64,000 bases of DNA from Gemmatales bacterium. GTDB taxonomy: Bacteria; Planctomycetota; Planctomycetia; Gemmatales; HRBIN36. The notes under the pieces are model-generated. The model did no database searches, was not told the origin of the DNA, and saw only the letters and a program-made list of their open reading frames with translations. Numbering within the stretch: position 1 is the first letter of the stretch; each line of letters opens with the position of its first letter. Below are positions 42,394 through 51,984 of this stretch, one piece after another. Location: contig JBEPZY010000002.1 of assembly GCA_041640595.1 (NCBI GenBank), positions 532,651 to 596,650 on the forward strand, given 5' to 3'. Made by a program: the position numbers and the translations under genes.

Positions 42394-43392
42394 GTGATTG
42401 CGCTGAGCCGGAAAAGCCTGCGTGTATATCGCGGGCACAGTCTGACCGAATTGCTGGTGGTGCTGGCGATCATCGGGCTGTTGCTGGCCCTGCTATTGCC
42501 GGCCGTGCAACGGGTACGGGAATCGGCGAATCGGGTACGCTGTGCCCAGCACTTGGCCCAGATCGGTCTGGCTTTCCATACCGCCCACCAGGATTATGGC
42601 GTGTTTCCCACCGGCGGAGCTGGATTTTATCGCACCTGGATAAATGGCCAACCTGCCGGGCCGATTGACCAGGATTGGAGTTGGGCTTACCAGATACTTC
42701 CGTACCTGGAGCAGGGAGCTTTGCATGCCACGCCGGGAGAGCCTCTGATCTGTTACGACACAACGCACCCATTACCGACCACGCCGATTCCGGTGTATTT
42801 CTGCCCGAGCCGACGCCGTCCCGGTCGGAAAAGTGATGGCCGAGCCGGGATTGATTATTTCGCCAATGGTGGCGTGAACGGGCCATTTGTGCCTCCGGGG
42901 CAATCCAGTAGTTACACCTCGCCTCCCTGGGGGGATTGGACTGCGAGCGGAGCGGTAATTCGTTGCGGCCCTGCCTACCCGCCGGCCTGGCGTGAGCGCC
43001 GCGGTGTCAGTCTGGAGAACGGTTTGCCAGACGGCACCAGCTGCACCTTGCTGATTTCGGAGAAAAGCTTTCATGCGGGCCTGGTGGGTCAGAGTGCCAA
43101 CTGGTACGACAACGAGTCCTATGTCGGTGCCTGGCATAACAATCACTGGCCCGATACCGTCGGCACAGCCGCTCTCGCACCGGCACAGGATACACGCACC
43201 GACCCGCCCACAGCCGATTATCCCGATGGCAGCAAGCTCTACCGCTTCGGTTCGGCACACCCCGGAAGCATGAATGCGGTGTTCGCCGATGGTTCGTTGC
43301 GGCCAATCCGGTACAGCATCCCGCTGGCCGTTTTCCAATCCCTGGCCGTGCGGGATGACGGTGCGATTGTCGCTGCCCACTGGCGGGACTAA
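42394..43392 (+). CDS. DUF1559 prepilin-type N-terminal / H-X9-DG domain protein
   Basis: G-HSLTELLVVLAIIGLL.ALLLPAVQ.VRE.A.R..C, SW.YQILPY.EQ, CPS and H.G.MN.VFADGS. Confidence 0.93.
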   Translation: MIALSRKSLRVYRGHSLTELLVVLAIIGLLLALLLPAVQRVRESANRVRCAQHLAQIGLAFHTAHQDYGVFPTGGAGFYRTWINGQPAGPIDQDWSWAYQILPYLEQGALHATPGEPLICYDTTHPLPTTPIPVYFCPSRRRPGRKSDGRAGIDYFANGGVNGPFVPPGQSSSYTSPPWGDWTASGAVIRCGPAYPPAWRERRGVSLENGLPDGTSCTLLISEKSFHAGLVGQSANWYDNESYVGAWHNNHWPDTVGTAALAPAQDTRTDPPTADYPDGSKLYRFGSAHPGSMNAVFADGSLRPIRYSIPLAVFQSLAVRDDGAIVAAHWRD

Positions 43393-43645
43393 CGGCGTTT
43401 AATTGCAACAGCAGTTCGCCGCTTACAGTTCTGCCAGCGAAAACCCCTGCGATTTGGCCCAGTTTTATTGCAACAGCGGTTCGCTGCTTGCGCCCAGCTG
43501 GCCGAATCGGATCGTCAAGCAAGCACCGCCACCGTTCCCCACTAACGGCTCCGAAAATCTCATTGTCAGCAGGCGAATTGGTGGGTACACTGGAATTGGA
43601 CAAATTTATTTCTGGACCGGTCGCTCAGGGAACGGGTTATTCACT

Positions 43646-44329
43646 ATGGAAGCCTTCCTGAATTTCGTACGCGACCACTGGCATTTTGCGATCATCATGT
43701 TCGGCATGTCCTTCGCGGCAGTGGTGCTGCTGATCTGGCGCATCCTGCTCAACATCCACAGCAAGACGGACATGGACAAATTCCTGCCACTGTTGCAGGA
43801 GGCGTTGAACAAAGGCGGAATCGAGGCGGCCTTGAAGTTGTGCAAAGCCCAGCCCAAAAGCCAGGTGATTCCGACCCGGCTTTTTGTCGCCGGACTGGAA
43901 AACGCCAGGCAAGGCACTGCGGCGATGCGACGGGCAATGGCTGCCGCAATCGAGCTGGATATTTTGCCACGGCTCAACTTCCTGCTGCCCCCAATCCTGG
44001 CCATCGGCAAAATCGCCACCATGGTTGGTTTGCTGGGGACAGTGCTCAGCATGATCGGCACATTCCAGACGCTGGCCCAATCCAGCGAGGGTCAGGCAGC
44101 TATGTCGCATGCGACGCGGGAAATCGGCCTGGCCCTATTTGCTACCGCACTCGGTCTGCTGACGGCCATTCCGTTGGTGTTTGCTTACGTGCTGTTCAAA
44201 GCCTGGGTGCAGAATTTCGAGACGCAGATGAAAGCCCACGCCCAGAAACTCATCTTGCTCGTGCAGGCTTACAAACAGGGGAAGCCCGCTCGACCCGATG
44301 CCCGCTCGGCCACACCGACTACGGTCTAA
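43646..44329 (+). CDS. MotA/TolQ/ExbB proton channel protein
   Basis: Three TM segments; GLLGTV and IGLAL.ATA.GL..AIP. Confidence 0.9.
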   Translation: MEAFLNFVRDHWHFAIIMFGMSFAAVVLLIWRILLNIHSKTDMDKFLPLLQEALNKGGIEAALKLCKAQPKSQVIPTRLFVAGLENARQGTAAMRRAMAAAIELDILPRLNFLLPPILAIGKIATMVGLLGTVLSMIGTFQTLAQSSEGQAAMSHATREIGLALFATALGLLTAIPLVFAYVLFKAWVQNFETQMKAHAQKLILLVQAYKQGKPARPDARSATPTTV

Positions 44330-44436
44330 AACGGCAATTATGTTGCATCTGGCCAGCAAGACCTGCGTAACGATTCCGGACACAAGATGCCCGATCTAGA
44401 CGCTGCGGTGTTGACGGAGCCGGAAAGGACACAACC

Positions 44437-45156
44437 ATGAGCACGGCAGCAGAAACCTGGGACCTCTGGCTGACCGCCGATCGCACGGTGTATCCAGCCG
44501 TGCCTTATAGCGTCGTCTGCGATTGGATCGTGGACGGTCGGTTGTTGCCCGAGGATCGGGCCAGGCCGTCGGGAAGCGGCTCAGCTGCCTGGTTACCGTT
44601 GCCGCGGTACGAATGGTTCGCGCCTTACTTCGCCGCCCAGGCTTCCCCGACCACCGCTGAAGATGCCGCCGAAGCTCACGAGGCTGTCGAACTTGGCCTG
44701 GACAGAAAGAAGCACGACGAAGAAGAAAGCGAAGTGGATTTGGTGCCGCTTATTGACATCAGCATGGTGCTGCTGATTTTCTTCACCATGATGCGGCTGA
44801 TGAATGCGGCTGGTGGTGGCCCATCGCGTGCAGCGATCCCCACGCCCGAAGCGGAAAACGGTTATGTCCTCGAAAAGGCCGAGATGATTTCCATCGGTCT
44901 GAACCTCGACGAGAAAACACAGTTGCTGCAATACTACGTCAACGAGGAGCCGGTTAATCCCAACACCGAGGAACAGATGCTTTACCAGCTACGCTTGCTT
45001 TTGGAAAAGCAGCCGGGCGAGCCTCGCGTCATTCTCCGCGCTCATCAGGACATTCCTACCGAGACGGTCAAAGCCATTCTGGCTCGTTTGCAGGAGCACG
45101 GGATTAAAACCATAGCCGGAGAAGTCCGCGATAAATATCGCAAGGCACAACCATGA
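44437..45156 (+). CDS. ExbD/TolR family protein with N-terminal GYF_2-like extension
   Basis: VDLVPLIDISMVLLIFF TM with conserved Asp; VILRAH; ~95-aa N-terminal extension. Confidence 0.85.
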   Translation: MSTAAETWDLWLTADRTVYPAVPYSVVCDWIVDGRLLPEDRARPSGSGSAAWLPLPRYEWFAPYFAAQASPTTAEDAAEAHEAVELGLDRKKHDEEESEVDLVPLIDISMVLLIFFTMMRLMNAAGGGPSRAAIPTPEAENGYVLEKAEMISIGLNLDEKTQLLQYYVNEEPVNPNTEEQMLYQLRLLLEKQPGEPRVILRAHQDIPTETVKAILARLQEHGIKTIAGEVRDKYRKAQP

Positions 45157-45773
45157 CCTGGCAGGTACGTCATGCCGGTTCGCCAAGCAGCGTAACGCTT
45201 TCCACCGCCGCGCTGGTCGAAGCCCTGCGCGATGGCGTGTACGAGACCAGCGACGAAATCTTCGACCTTCAGGAACGGTGCTGGATTCCCATCGAGGAAC
45301 ATCCGGAATTCGCCGAACTGGTGGAGGAACTCGATTCCCTGGGCGAAAGTCATCACGAGGAAGAAGACGCCAGCCCGGACATGGTGCCACTCATTGATGT
45401 TTGCCAGGTGCTGCTGGTGTTTTTCATCTTGACCATGACGTATCTGGAGCTGAGCAAGGCGTTGATGCTGCCCCAGGTGCCCACGGACACGCCGGAAGCT
45501 ATTCCTCGCGTCAGTCGGCAACAGATTGCCCAGACGATGATCATCGTTCGCGCTGAGCGGCAGGCAGGGCAGGATCGCGTGTTTGTGGATGGCGAGGAAG
45601 TGCCGATCAGCGAACTGGCGAACGTATTGGCTCGCGTTGCCCGCCAGACTCGCAAAAACGAAATCCTGCTGCAAGACCGCGGCGTGAGTTGGGGCACTAC
45701 CGTCAAGATCATTGATGCCGCCACCGGGGCCAATATCCGTAAAGTCCATTTCACCGCATCCAGCGGGCCGTAA
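45153..45773 (+). CDS. Second ExbD/TolR family protein with N-terminal GYF_2-like extension
   Basis: PDMVPLIDVCQVLLVFF; LLQDRGVSWG.TVKIID; ATGA overlap with the previous gene. Confidence 0.85.
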   Translation: MTWQVRHAGSPSSVTLSTAALVEALRDGVYETSDEIFDLQERCWIPIEEHPEFAELVEELDSLGESHHEEEDASPDMVPLIDVCQVLLVFFILTMTYLELSKALMLPQVPTDTPEAIPRVSRQQIAQTMIIVRAERQAGQDRVFVDGEEVPISELANVLARVARQTRKNEILLQDRGVSWGTTVKIIDAATGANIRKVHFTASSGP

Positions 45774-46037
45774 GTAGCGTCTCGCGCTTGCACAACGGCC
45801 TGACGTCCGCCGCTGCTGCGACTGCGTGTGTTCGTGCCAACAAGGTACGCGTGTTCGCGCTGACCATATCGCCAAGTCGGTCCGTATGAACGTCGTGCAA
45901 CCGGAAGCGGCTGGTTGAGCCAATCGTAGAAAGCTGACGCCGTTGCAATTGCATTACCGACGACGGCGGGCTAGCGCGGCTTCGGTACCTCACCAGTGTA
46001 GCACGCCTCTACCGTTTGCGATTATGCTCTCAAACCA

Positions 46038-46057
46038 CGGCGGGCTAACGCCCGCCG
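46038..46057. repeat. REP-like palindrome
   Basis: Perfect hairpin CGGCGGGC-TAAC-GCCCGCCG; partial copy ACGGCGGGCTA at 45963-45973. Confidence 0.55.
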
Positions 46058-46476
46058 CTCCTGGCAGAGCCGTTGACGGAACTCACCGCATCCCGCACAC
46101 TAAATGACGATCCCCGCCACCAACACTGGCGAGCTTACGCTTTCCTGTCTCGCCGCAGATCGCCCGCCTGGAGAACTTCGCCTGCTTGCTGAACGCCAGC
46201 ATTCCAGTGAACATTGGTGCAAAAATCGTGGCCAGGGACACGCTTCCAGTTCAGGAGAACCGCATGCCGGCAGCACTACCATCGGAGCATGAAAACGCGG
46301 CAACGGACAAACACGCAAACGCCGGGAGCGGCGTGGCTCCGCGCGAAGGAGATGGGATTCCGGATTCGTTTCCCGCTGCTTCAACTCGACCCGGCTGCCG
46401 ATGTCGGCTTCCCGGTTCGGATGCGTTTCCGCAGCCCGTTTTTCCCGTGCTCTACCGAAACGAAGATGCCAGGCGA

Positions 46477-49308
46477 ATGGCAGGTTCCGCAGTAGCATTG
46501 TGGGCCAGTGTCATCATGCTGGCACTGATTGGACTGGCCAGTTCCGCGGCGCAAAACCCCGCCAAACCGTCGCCGACACGGGAGCTGGCCGGCCACACCG
46601 AACTGGTGTATCAGCTGGCGTGGAGTCCGGATGGGCGAATGCTCGCCAGTGCCGGTTTTGACGGCAAGATACTGCTGTGGGATGTGGAAGGTGGCAAAGT
46701 GCTCCGTACCTTCGACCCGCCGGAATCATCTACCCGGACGGTGCTCGGACTGCACGTTGCGTTCAATCCGAACGGCCAACTCCTGGCGGGCAGCTATTCG
46801 ATCAATCACGTGCGGCTGTGGGATGTGCCCATCTCTTCGCCCATACGCAGCCTGGAGGGAGCCGCTGAACCGCTCTTCGCCCTGACCGTTTCGCCAGACG
46901 GAAACCGTCTCGCCGCGGCTGGGCAGGACCGAACTATTCGCATCTGGAATATCGCCGACGGCAAAGTCATTACGACGTGTGCAGGCCATACGGCAACGGT
47001 GACCGGATTGGCGTTCAGCGGCAATGGTCAGTTCCTGGCCAGTATCAGCGAAGACCAAACCTTGCGGGTCTGGAACACCGCGGATGGCAAACCGCTGGCT
47101 GTGCTCGGTGCTCATACCAGCCGCCCGAATGCGGTCGCGTTCCACGTCAACAATCAGGCGATTTACACAGCGGATGCGGAGGGCGTGCTGAAGTTGTGGA
47201 CCTGGCCAGTTCCTCCGTCGCGGATGGTTCCGGCTGCGGAAGGAGTGATCCAGGCAACGGCAGCACTGGATGGCAGCCGGGTGGTCGTAATCGGCAACGA
47301 TCGTGTTCCGCGTGTCTGGAATGCCGGTTCTGCGCAAATGGAATTCGCCTTGCCGGCACTGCCACAGACCCCGCGAGCAATCGCCTGGAGTCCGAAGGGA
47401 ACGCATCTGGCGATTGCCCTGGCCGATCGCAATTGCCGCATCTTCGATTTGTCGTCGAGGAAGGAAATCGCGGTTCACGACAAACTGCCGGCCGACATCG
47501 CCGCAATAGCCATTTCGCCTGATGGCGGGCAGCTATTGCTTGGTCTGGCCGATGGTTCAGTACATCAGCACCAGCTCGCCGATGGCAAACCGCTACGCTC
47601 CTGGCTAGCGCATCCGGGCGGTGTGCTCGCGGTGCAGTATTTGCCGAATACCCAGATCGTCAGCGTGGGTGCTGATAAGACCCTGCAACTCTGGTCTGCC
47701 GATGGCAAAAGCCAGCGGAAGATCGAAATCGCTGACACTCCGATGTCACTGGCTGTGAGCCGCGATGGTAACCGTGTAGCGGTCGGTCTGGCGAAAGCGG
47801 TGCGGTGGTGGAATCTTGCCGACGCCAAAGAAATGCCCAGCCTGACGCAACACGCCGCAGCGATCGCCACGCAATTCTCCGGCGATGGTACCCGTCTGGC
47901 GGTGGGACACGCTGACGGGCGATGTGTTGTCTGGGACCTGAACAGTGCTCGCCCGCTGCAATTTTTCTCGCTCGACGGTGCCGTGCGGCAGCTGGCATGG
48001 ATGGGTAACAATCCGACCGTGCTGGCCAGCACCGAAAAGACGGCACTGGCGGTTCTAGGTCTGGCCAATGTGCGACTGGTGCCGGCTCATGCCCAGGCGA
48101 TTCATGCGTTCGCCCTGACACCGAACCTCAGCCACGCTCTCACCGCGAGTGCCGATGGTACCGTGCGTTTCGTCAATCTCGCCAACGGTGCACTCGAACG
48201 CCAGCACGCCACGCCGCACGGCGCGGTTACCGCAATCACCATCGCTCGCAATACGGCGTACTTTGCCACCGCCGGAACCGACAAATCGCTGCGTTTCTGG
48301 AACTTTGCAGATGGCAAAGAGCTGAAAACTCTCCCAATGCCGGCGGTGGTACGTGCACTGGCGATTTCGCCGAACAATGCCGTGCTGTTGGCGGCTCTGG
48401 AAAACGGTCAGGTACAGGCTCTCGATGTTACCTGGCAACCTGGTCAGCCGCTGCCCGCTGGTTTTGCCAGCGTGTTGCAGCAATACCAGCAACCGCCCAG
48501 CACAGCTCCGGCCATCGCGTTTCATCCCACCGACAATGCGGTCTGGTTCAGCGTCAGCGGAGACAGATTGCCGCGTATCTGGCGGATTGCCTCTGTCCAG
48601 CCGGTGCGGCTTTTGCAGGGCCATGTCCAAATGGTGGACGCAGTGGCTTTCGGTCCCGATGGTCAGCAACTGGCCACGGTGAGCCACGATGGTACGCTGC
48701 GCTTCTGGGAAACTGCCAGCGGTAAGCTCTTGCGAACAGTCAACCTGGCGGTGCAACCGCAACCGCAGCCGCTCTATGCTGTCGTCTGGACACCCGATGG
48801 CAAACAGGTACTGGCGACTGGCTTGAATCGCAAAATCTGGCTGGTGGATGCGGCCAGCGGCAATATCGTCCGCGAGTTCCGTGGCTACGACGAAAAGGAA
48901 TTTCCGCGCGGTCATCGCGACAGCGTTTTCACCCTGGCGGTGTTGCCCGGAGCTTCGCAATTTCTCAGCGCTGGTGCCGACGGACAGATCAAGCTCTGGG
49001 ATATAAGCAACGGTCAGGTCGTGCACGATTTCACCGACCCCGAGGTGCCGACGAAAGGTTCTTCCTGGCCGAGAGCCCACGCCGATTTCGTGAGCCAGAT
49101 TCGTTTGTCCCCGGATGGCAAATACCTGCTCAGCGTGGGTAGCGGTGGCTGGGTCAAAATCTGGAAGCTGGAAACCCGCCAGCCGGTCTATCGGCAGCAA
49201 ATAGGCCAAACCTGTTATGCGGGGGTCTGGTCGCCGGATGCCAAACAGCTGGCGATCAGCACGCACGATGGCCGAGTGTTGCTCCTATCCACTCCGCCCT
49301 TGCCATAA
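46477..49308 (+). CDS. Secreted WD40-repeat protein (~21 repeats)
   Basis: Signal peptide and GH...W[DN] repeats throughout; start moved to ATG 46477. Confidence 0.9.
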   Translation: MAGSAVALWASVIMLALIGLASSAAQNPAKPSPTRELAGHTELVYQLAWSPDGRMLASAGFDGKILLWDVEGGKVLRTFDPPESSTRTVLGLHVAFNPNGQLLAGSYSINHVRLWDVPISSPIRSLEGAAEPLFALTVSPDGNRLAAAGQDRTIRIWNIADGKVITTCAGHTATVTGLAFSGNGQFLASISEDQTLRVWNTADGKPLAVLGAHTSRPNAVAFHVNNQAIYTADAEGVLKLWTWPVPPSRMVPAAEGVIQATAALDGSRVVVIGNDRVPRVWNAGSAQMEFALPALPQTPRAIAWSPKGTHLAIALADRNCRIFDLSSRKEIAVHDKLPADIAAIAISPDGGQLLLGLADGSVHQHQLADGKPLRSWLAHPGGVLAVQYLPNTQIVSVGADKTLQLWSADGKSQRKIEIADTPMSLAVSRDGNRVAVGLAKAVRWWNLADAKEMPSLTQHAAAIATQFSGDGTRLAVGHADGRCVVWDLNSARPLQFFSLDGAVRQLAWMGNNPTVLASTEKTALAVLGLANVRLVPAHAQAIHAFALTPNLSHALTASADGTVRFVNLANGALERQHATPHGAVTAITIARNTAYFATAGTDKSLRFWNFADGKELKTLPMPAVVRALAISPNNAVLLAALENGQVQALDVTWQPGQPLPAGFASVLQQYQQPPSTAPAIAFHPTDNAVWFSVSGDRLPRIWRIASVQPVRLLQGHVQMVDAVAFGPDGQQLATVSHDGTLRFWETASGKLLRTVNLAVQPQPQPLYAVVWTPDGKQVLATGLNRKIWLVDAASGNIVREFRGYDEKEFPRGHRDSVFTLAVLPGASQFLSAGADGQIKLWDISNGQVVHDFTDPEVPTKGSSWPRAHADFVSQIRLSPDGKYLLSVGSGGWVKIWKLETRQPVYRQQIGQTCYAGVWSPDAKQLAISTHDGRVLLLSTPPLP

Positions 49309-49482
49309 TCCATTCCGAATATCCGCTGCCTGTTTGGGCGATGGGAAATAAAATACATTGGGTGCAAATCGCAGCACGTATTGGGATGCGGTCAGGAGTG
49401 CTGAAAGACTCGGCCAGGCAACTCTTCCCAGCCGGAGCACAAACGGATGGCCCTTCCCAGATGCTGAAAGTGAGGTGTCATC

Positions 49483-49965
49483 ATGGCCACGACGGTACGC
49501 GAATTTTCGGTGTTTCTCGAAAACAAGCCCGGACGCATGGCTCAGGTTTGCACTGCCATCTCCCAGGAGAAAGTCAACATCACCGCCCTGGCCGTTACCG
49601 AACGCAAAGAACGCAGCGCACTGCGTCTGGTCACCGAGGACGCGAACAAAACCCGCCAGGTGCTCAAAAACCTCAACCTCCCTTTCGACGAACATGACGT
49701 GCTGCTGGTCGAAATGCGTAATCAGCCGGGAGCGGTTGCCCAGGTCTGTGAGGCTCTCGCTGAAGAACACATCAACATCGAGTACGCTTATTGCAGTGCC
49801 GGCGCGAAAAACGGTAAAGCGATCGGCATCTTCCGTGTCTCCAACCTGCCGAAAGCCCTGAAGGCGCTGGCAGACAATTCCGTCCGCCTCAAGCGCAAGG
49901 CTCACGGTGCCCGCGGCTGGGTCAACTCACCGCGACGCGGACCGGCTGCACCGGTGGTAGAATAG
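49483..49965 (+). CDS. Tandem ACT domain protein
   Basis: SVFLENKPG...VNI and NQPG...INIEYAY; RBS GAGGT. Confidence 0.9.
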   Translation: MATTVREFSVFLENKPGRMAQVCTAISQEKVNITALAVTERKERSALRLVTEDANKTRQVLKNLNLPFDEHDVLLVEMRNQPGAVAQVCEALAEEHINIEYAYCSAGAKNGKAIGIFRVSNLPKALKALADNSVRLKRKAHGARGWVNSPRRGPAAPVVE

Positions 49966-50076
49966 CAGGCCCGGCCTCCAGTCTCAGTTGCTGCAGGAAC
50001 CAGCGTGTCCGCGCCCTGTCGGGTTCGACGCCAGCCCGGCGCTTTGTGGAAGCTAGATGCGGGTCGCCGGCAAACG

Positions 50077-51219
50077 CTAGCCCACTTCGACCCATTGCCC
50101 GGTGCGACCACTTTCGAGAACCGCATCGCAAACCTTCTGCGTCTGCAAAGCGGTGCGGAAAGTGGGTTCGGCCAGCTCACCTTTGCCCAGAGCCGTCAGG
50201 AAGTCCGCCACCTGATGGATGAAAGTGTGTTCGTAGCCAATCTGCAAACCGGGCACCCACCACCTGTCCATGTACGGATGTTCGCCGCCGTGATCGGTCA
50301 CGTGAATCGAACGCCAGCCGCGAAGTTTGCCTTCATCGCGATGGTCGAAATAAGACAGCCGGTGCAGGTCGTGCAAATTCCAGGCAATGGAAGCATGTTC
50401 GCCATTGATCTCGAACGTGTATAGCGCTTTGTGACCGCGAGCATAGCGGGTAGATTCAAACACCGCGAGCGACCCGTTGGCAAAGCGGGCCAGAAAAGCG
50501 CAGGCGTCGTCAATCCCCACCGGTTCCACTTTGCCGGTCAGTGTGTGTTTGCGCTGTTTGACGAAAGTCTCCGTCATGGCCGAGACGCGGGTGATCGGGC
50601 CATTGAGCCATAGCGCTGTGTCAATGCAATGCGCGAGCAGATCGCCGGTCACCCCACTGCCCGCCGCCTGCACATCCAGCCGCCATAACGCTGTGCCTCC
50701 CTGCGGCACTTCGGGATTGATCGTCCAGTCCTGCAAGAACTGAGCCCGATAATGGAAAATCCGACCGAGCCGACCTTCCTCGATGAGCCGTTTCGCCAGC
50801 GTTACCGCAGGCACACGCCGGTAGTTGTACCAGACCATATTGGCCACGCCCGCTTTTTCCACGGCCTCGACCATCCGCTGCCCTTCGGCGGCGTTCATGG
50901 CCAGCGGCTTCTCGCACAACACCATCTTGCCGGCCTCGGCTGCGGCAATCGCTATCTCCGCGTGCAGGTTGTTCGGGACACAGATGTCCACCAGGTCTAT
51001 ATCCGGCCGTTCGATCAACTTCCGCCAATCGGTCTCGAGAGATTCGTAGCCCCATTGCTCGGCAAACGCTTTCAACTTTTCCACGTTCCGCGCACACGCC
51101 GCTTTCAGCACCGGTCGAAACGGCACGTCGAAAAAGTGGTTCACCTGACAGTATGCATTCGAATGCGCACGCCCCATAAAGCCGTAGCCAATCATCCCCA
51201 CATTCAGCACTTTCGCCAT
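50077..51219 (-). CDS. Gfo/Idh/MocA oxidoreductase
   Basis: [20 protein letters not shown] and GDLLAH. Confidence 0.92.
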   Translation of the reverse strand: MAKVLNVGMIGYGFMGRAHSNAYCQVNHFFDVPFRPVLKAACARNVEKLKAFAEQWGYESLETDWRKLIERPDIDLVDICVPNNLHAEIAIAAAEAGKMVLCEKPLAMNAAEGQRMVEAVEKAGVANMVWYNYRRVPAVTLAKRLIEEGRLGRIFHYRAQFLQDWTINPEVPQGGTALWRLDVQAAGSGVTGDLLAHCIDTALWLNGPITRVSAMTETFVKQRKHTLTGKVEPVGIDDACAFLARFANGSLAVFESTRYARGHKALYTFEINGEHASIAWNLHDLHRLSYFDHRDEGKLRGWRSIHVTDHGGEHPYMDRWWVPGLQIGYEHTFIHQVADFLTALGKGELAEPTFRTALQTQKVCDAVLESGRTGQWVEVG

Positions 51220-51630
51220 GTCCGCTTCTCCTGATGGCTTCCAGAAAGGCTAGATTTCGGTGCTCATGACGCACCTTCTTTTGCGGCAACGCTTCAGACG
51301 AGAATCGCCCAGCAGCGATTCCTGTTCGGTCTCCTTCCTGGCAAACATTATGGCAACTGCCAATGCGATCGGCAAAATTAACCGCCGCGACCCTTAGGCT
51401 GACGAGTGCTAATTTCCCGACCTGTGAGCGTCTCGCTCTGGCCCATAAGCAGCCATTTGTTCCTGACGTGCATTGAAATCCTGGCGATTGCTTATGCTCG
51501 CAGACTTGCCGACCAGTTCACCAGCTAATCGTACCGCGTTACCCCGACGGTTTCGCATCCGCTAAAATCTTTTCTGCCCCTGGACGAGATCCCGAATGCC
51601 CTGGTGAGGCCTTTTATGGTTTCGCGTTCA

Positions 51631-51680
51631 CAAAAAATTTTTTCGCCCCTCTTGACGCTTCCCTGGCCGCCGGATAAGCT
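51631..51680 (+). promoter_or_regulatory. Sigma70-type promoter with UP-like A/T tract
   Basis: TTGACG (51652-57), 17-bp spacer, TAAGCT (51675-80), preceded by CAAAAAATTTTTT. Confidence 0.65.
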
Positions 51681-51692
51681 ACCTGTAGCGGG

Positions 51693-51729
51693 ATAGAGTT
51701 GAGGAGGACAAACCGGAATAGAGTTGAGG
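51693..51729 (+). repeat. 12-bp direct repeat ATAGAGTTGAGG, period 25
   Basis: Exact copies at 51693-51704 and 51718-51729, just downstream of the predicted transcription start. Confidence 0.75.
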
Positions 51730-51782
51730 CGCGGCGGAACCAGTACCATTTCTCAGGGGTCTTTCCAGAAAGGAGGTGTGTC

Positions 51783-51949
51783 ATGCGGAAGCTGAAGACA
51801 CACACACACACAGGGGTATTTTGCGCTCTGCTTTAGACCTGTGTGTGGGCTGGCTGCACCGTCCGGCCAGGTCTCGTCCACGTCAGCCTGAACCCGCCCG
51901 ATTGCAGTTCGACTTGTTGGAGGACAGAACCGTGAAATGGGTGCCATAG
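51783..51949 (+). pseudogene. Frameshifted, internally deleted remnant of a LEDR-leader (planctomycete extracellular) protein gene
   Basis: AGGAGGT RBS and ATG 51783; stops at TAG 51834 as written; removing one CA gives MRKLKTHTHRGILRSALDLCVGWLHRPARSRPRQPEPARLQFDLLEDRTVKWVP*. Confidence 0.6.
51798..51812 (+). repeat. (CA)7 dinucleotide microsatellite five codons after a start codon
   Basis: ACACACACACACACA; no comparable tract was noticed elsewhere in the window. Confidence 0.9.
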
Positions 51950-51984
51950 GTCAAACTGCGGGGGCAGAATAGGAGGAGATCAAC

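Noticed and set aside
51302..51321. Hairpin GAATCGC-N6-GCGATTC as terminator or att site
   Set aside because: It has no U-tract, lies upstream of a divergent gene, and no matching repeat was found at the other end of the cassette.
51783..51836. His/Thr attenuator leader peptide (THTHT)
   Set aside because: Downstream genes are not amino-acid biosynthetic and there is no U-tailed terminator; the His/Thr codons are a by-product of the CA tract.
51783..51935. TAG read-through giving a lipoprotein-like signal (…CALL*TCVWAGC…)
   Set aside because: That frame ends soon after at TGA, and the -2 frame gives a much more recognisable LEDR motif.
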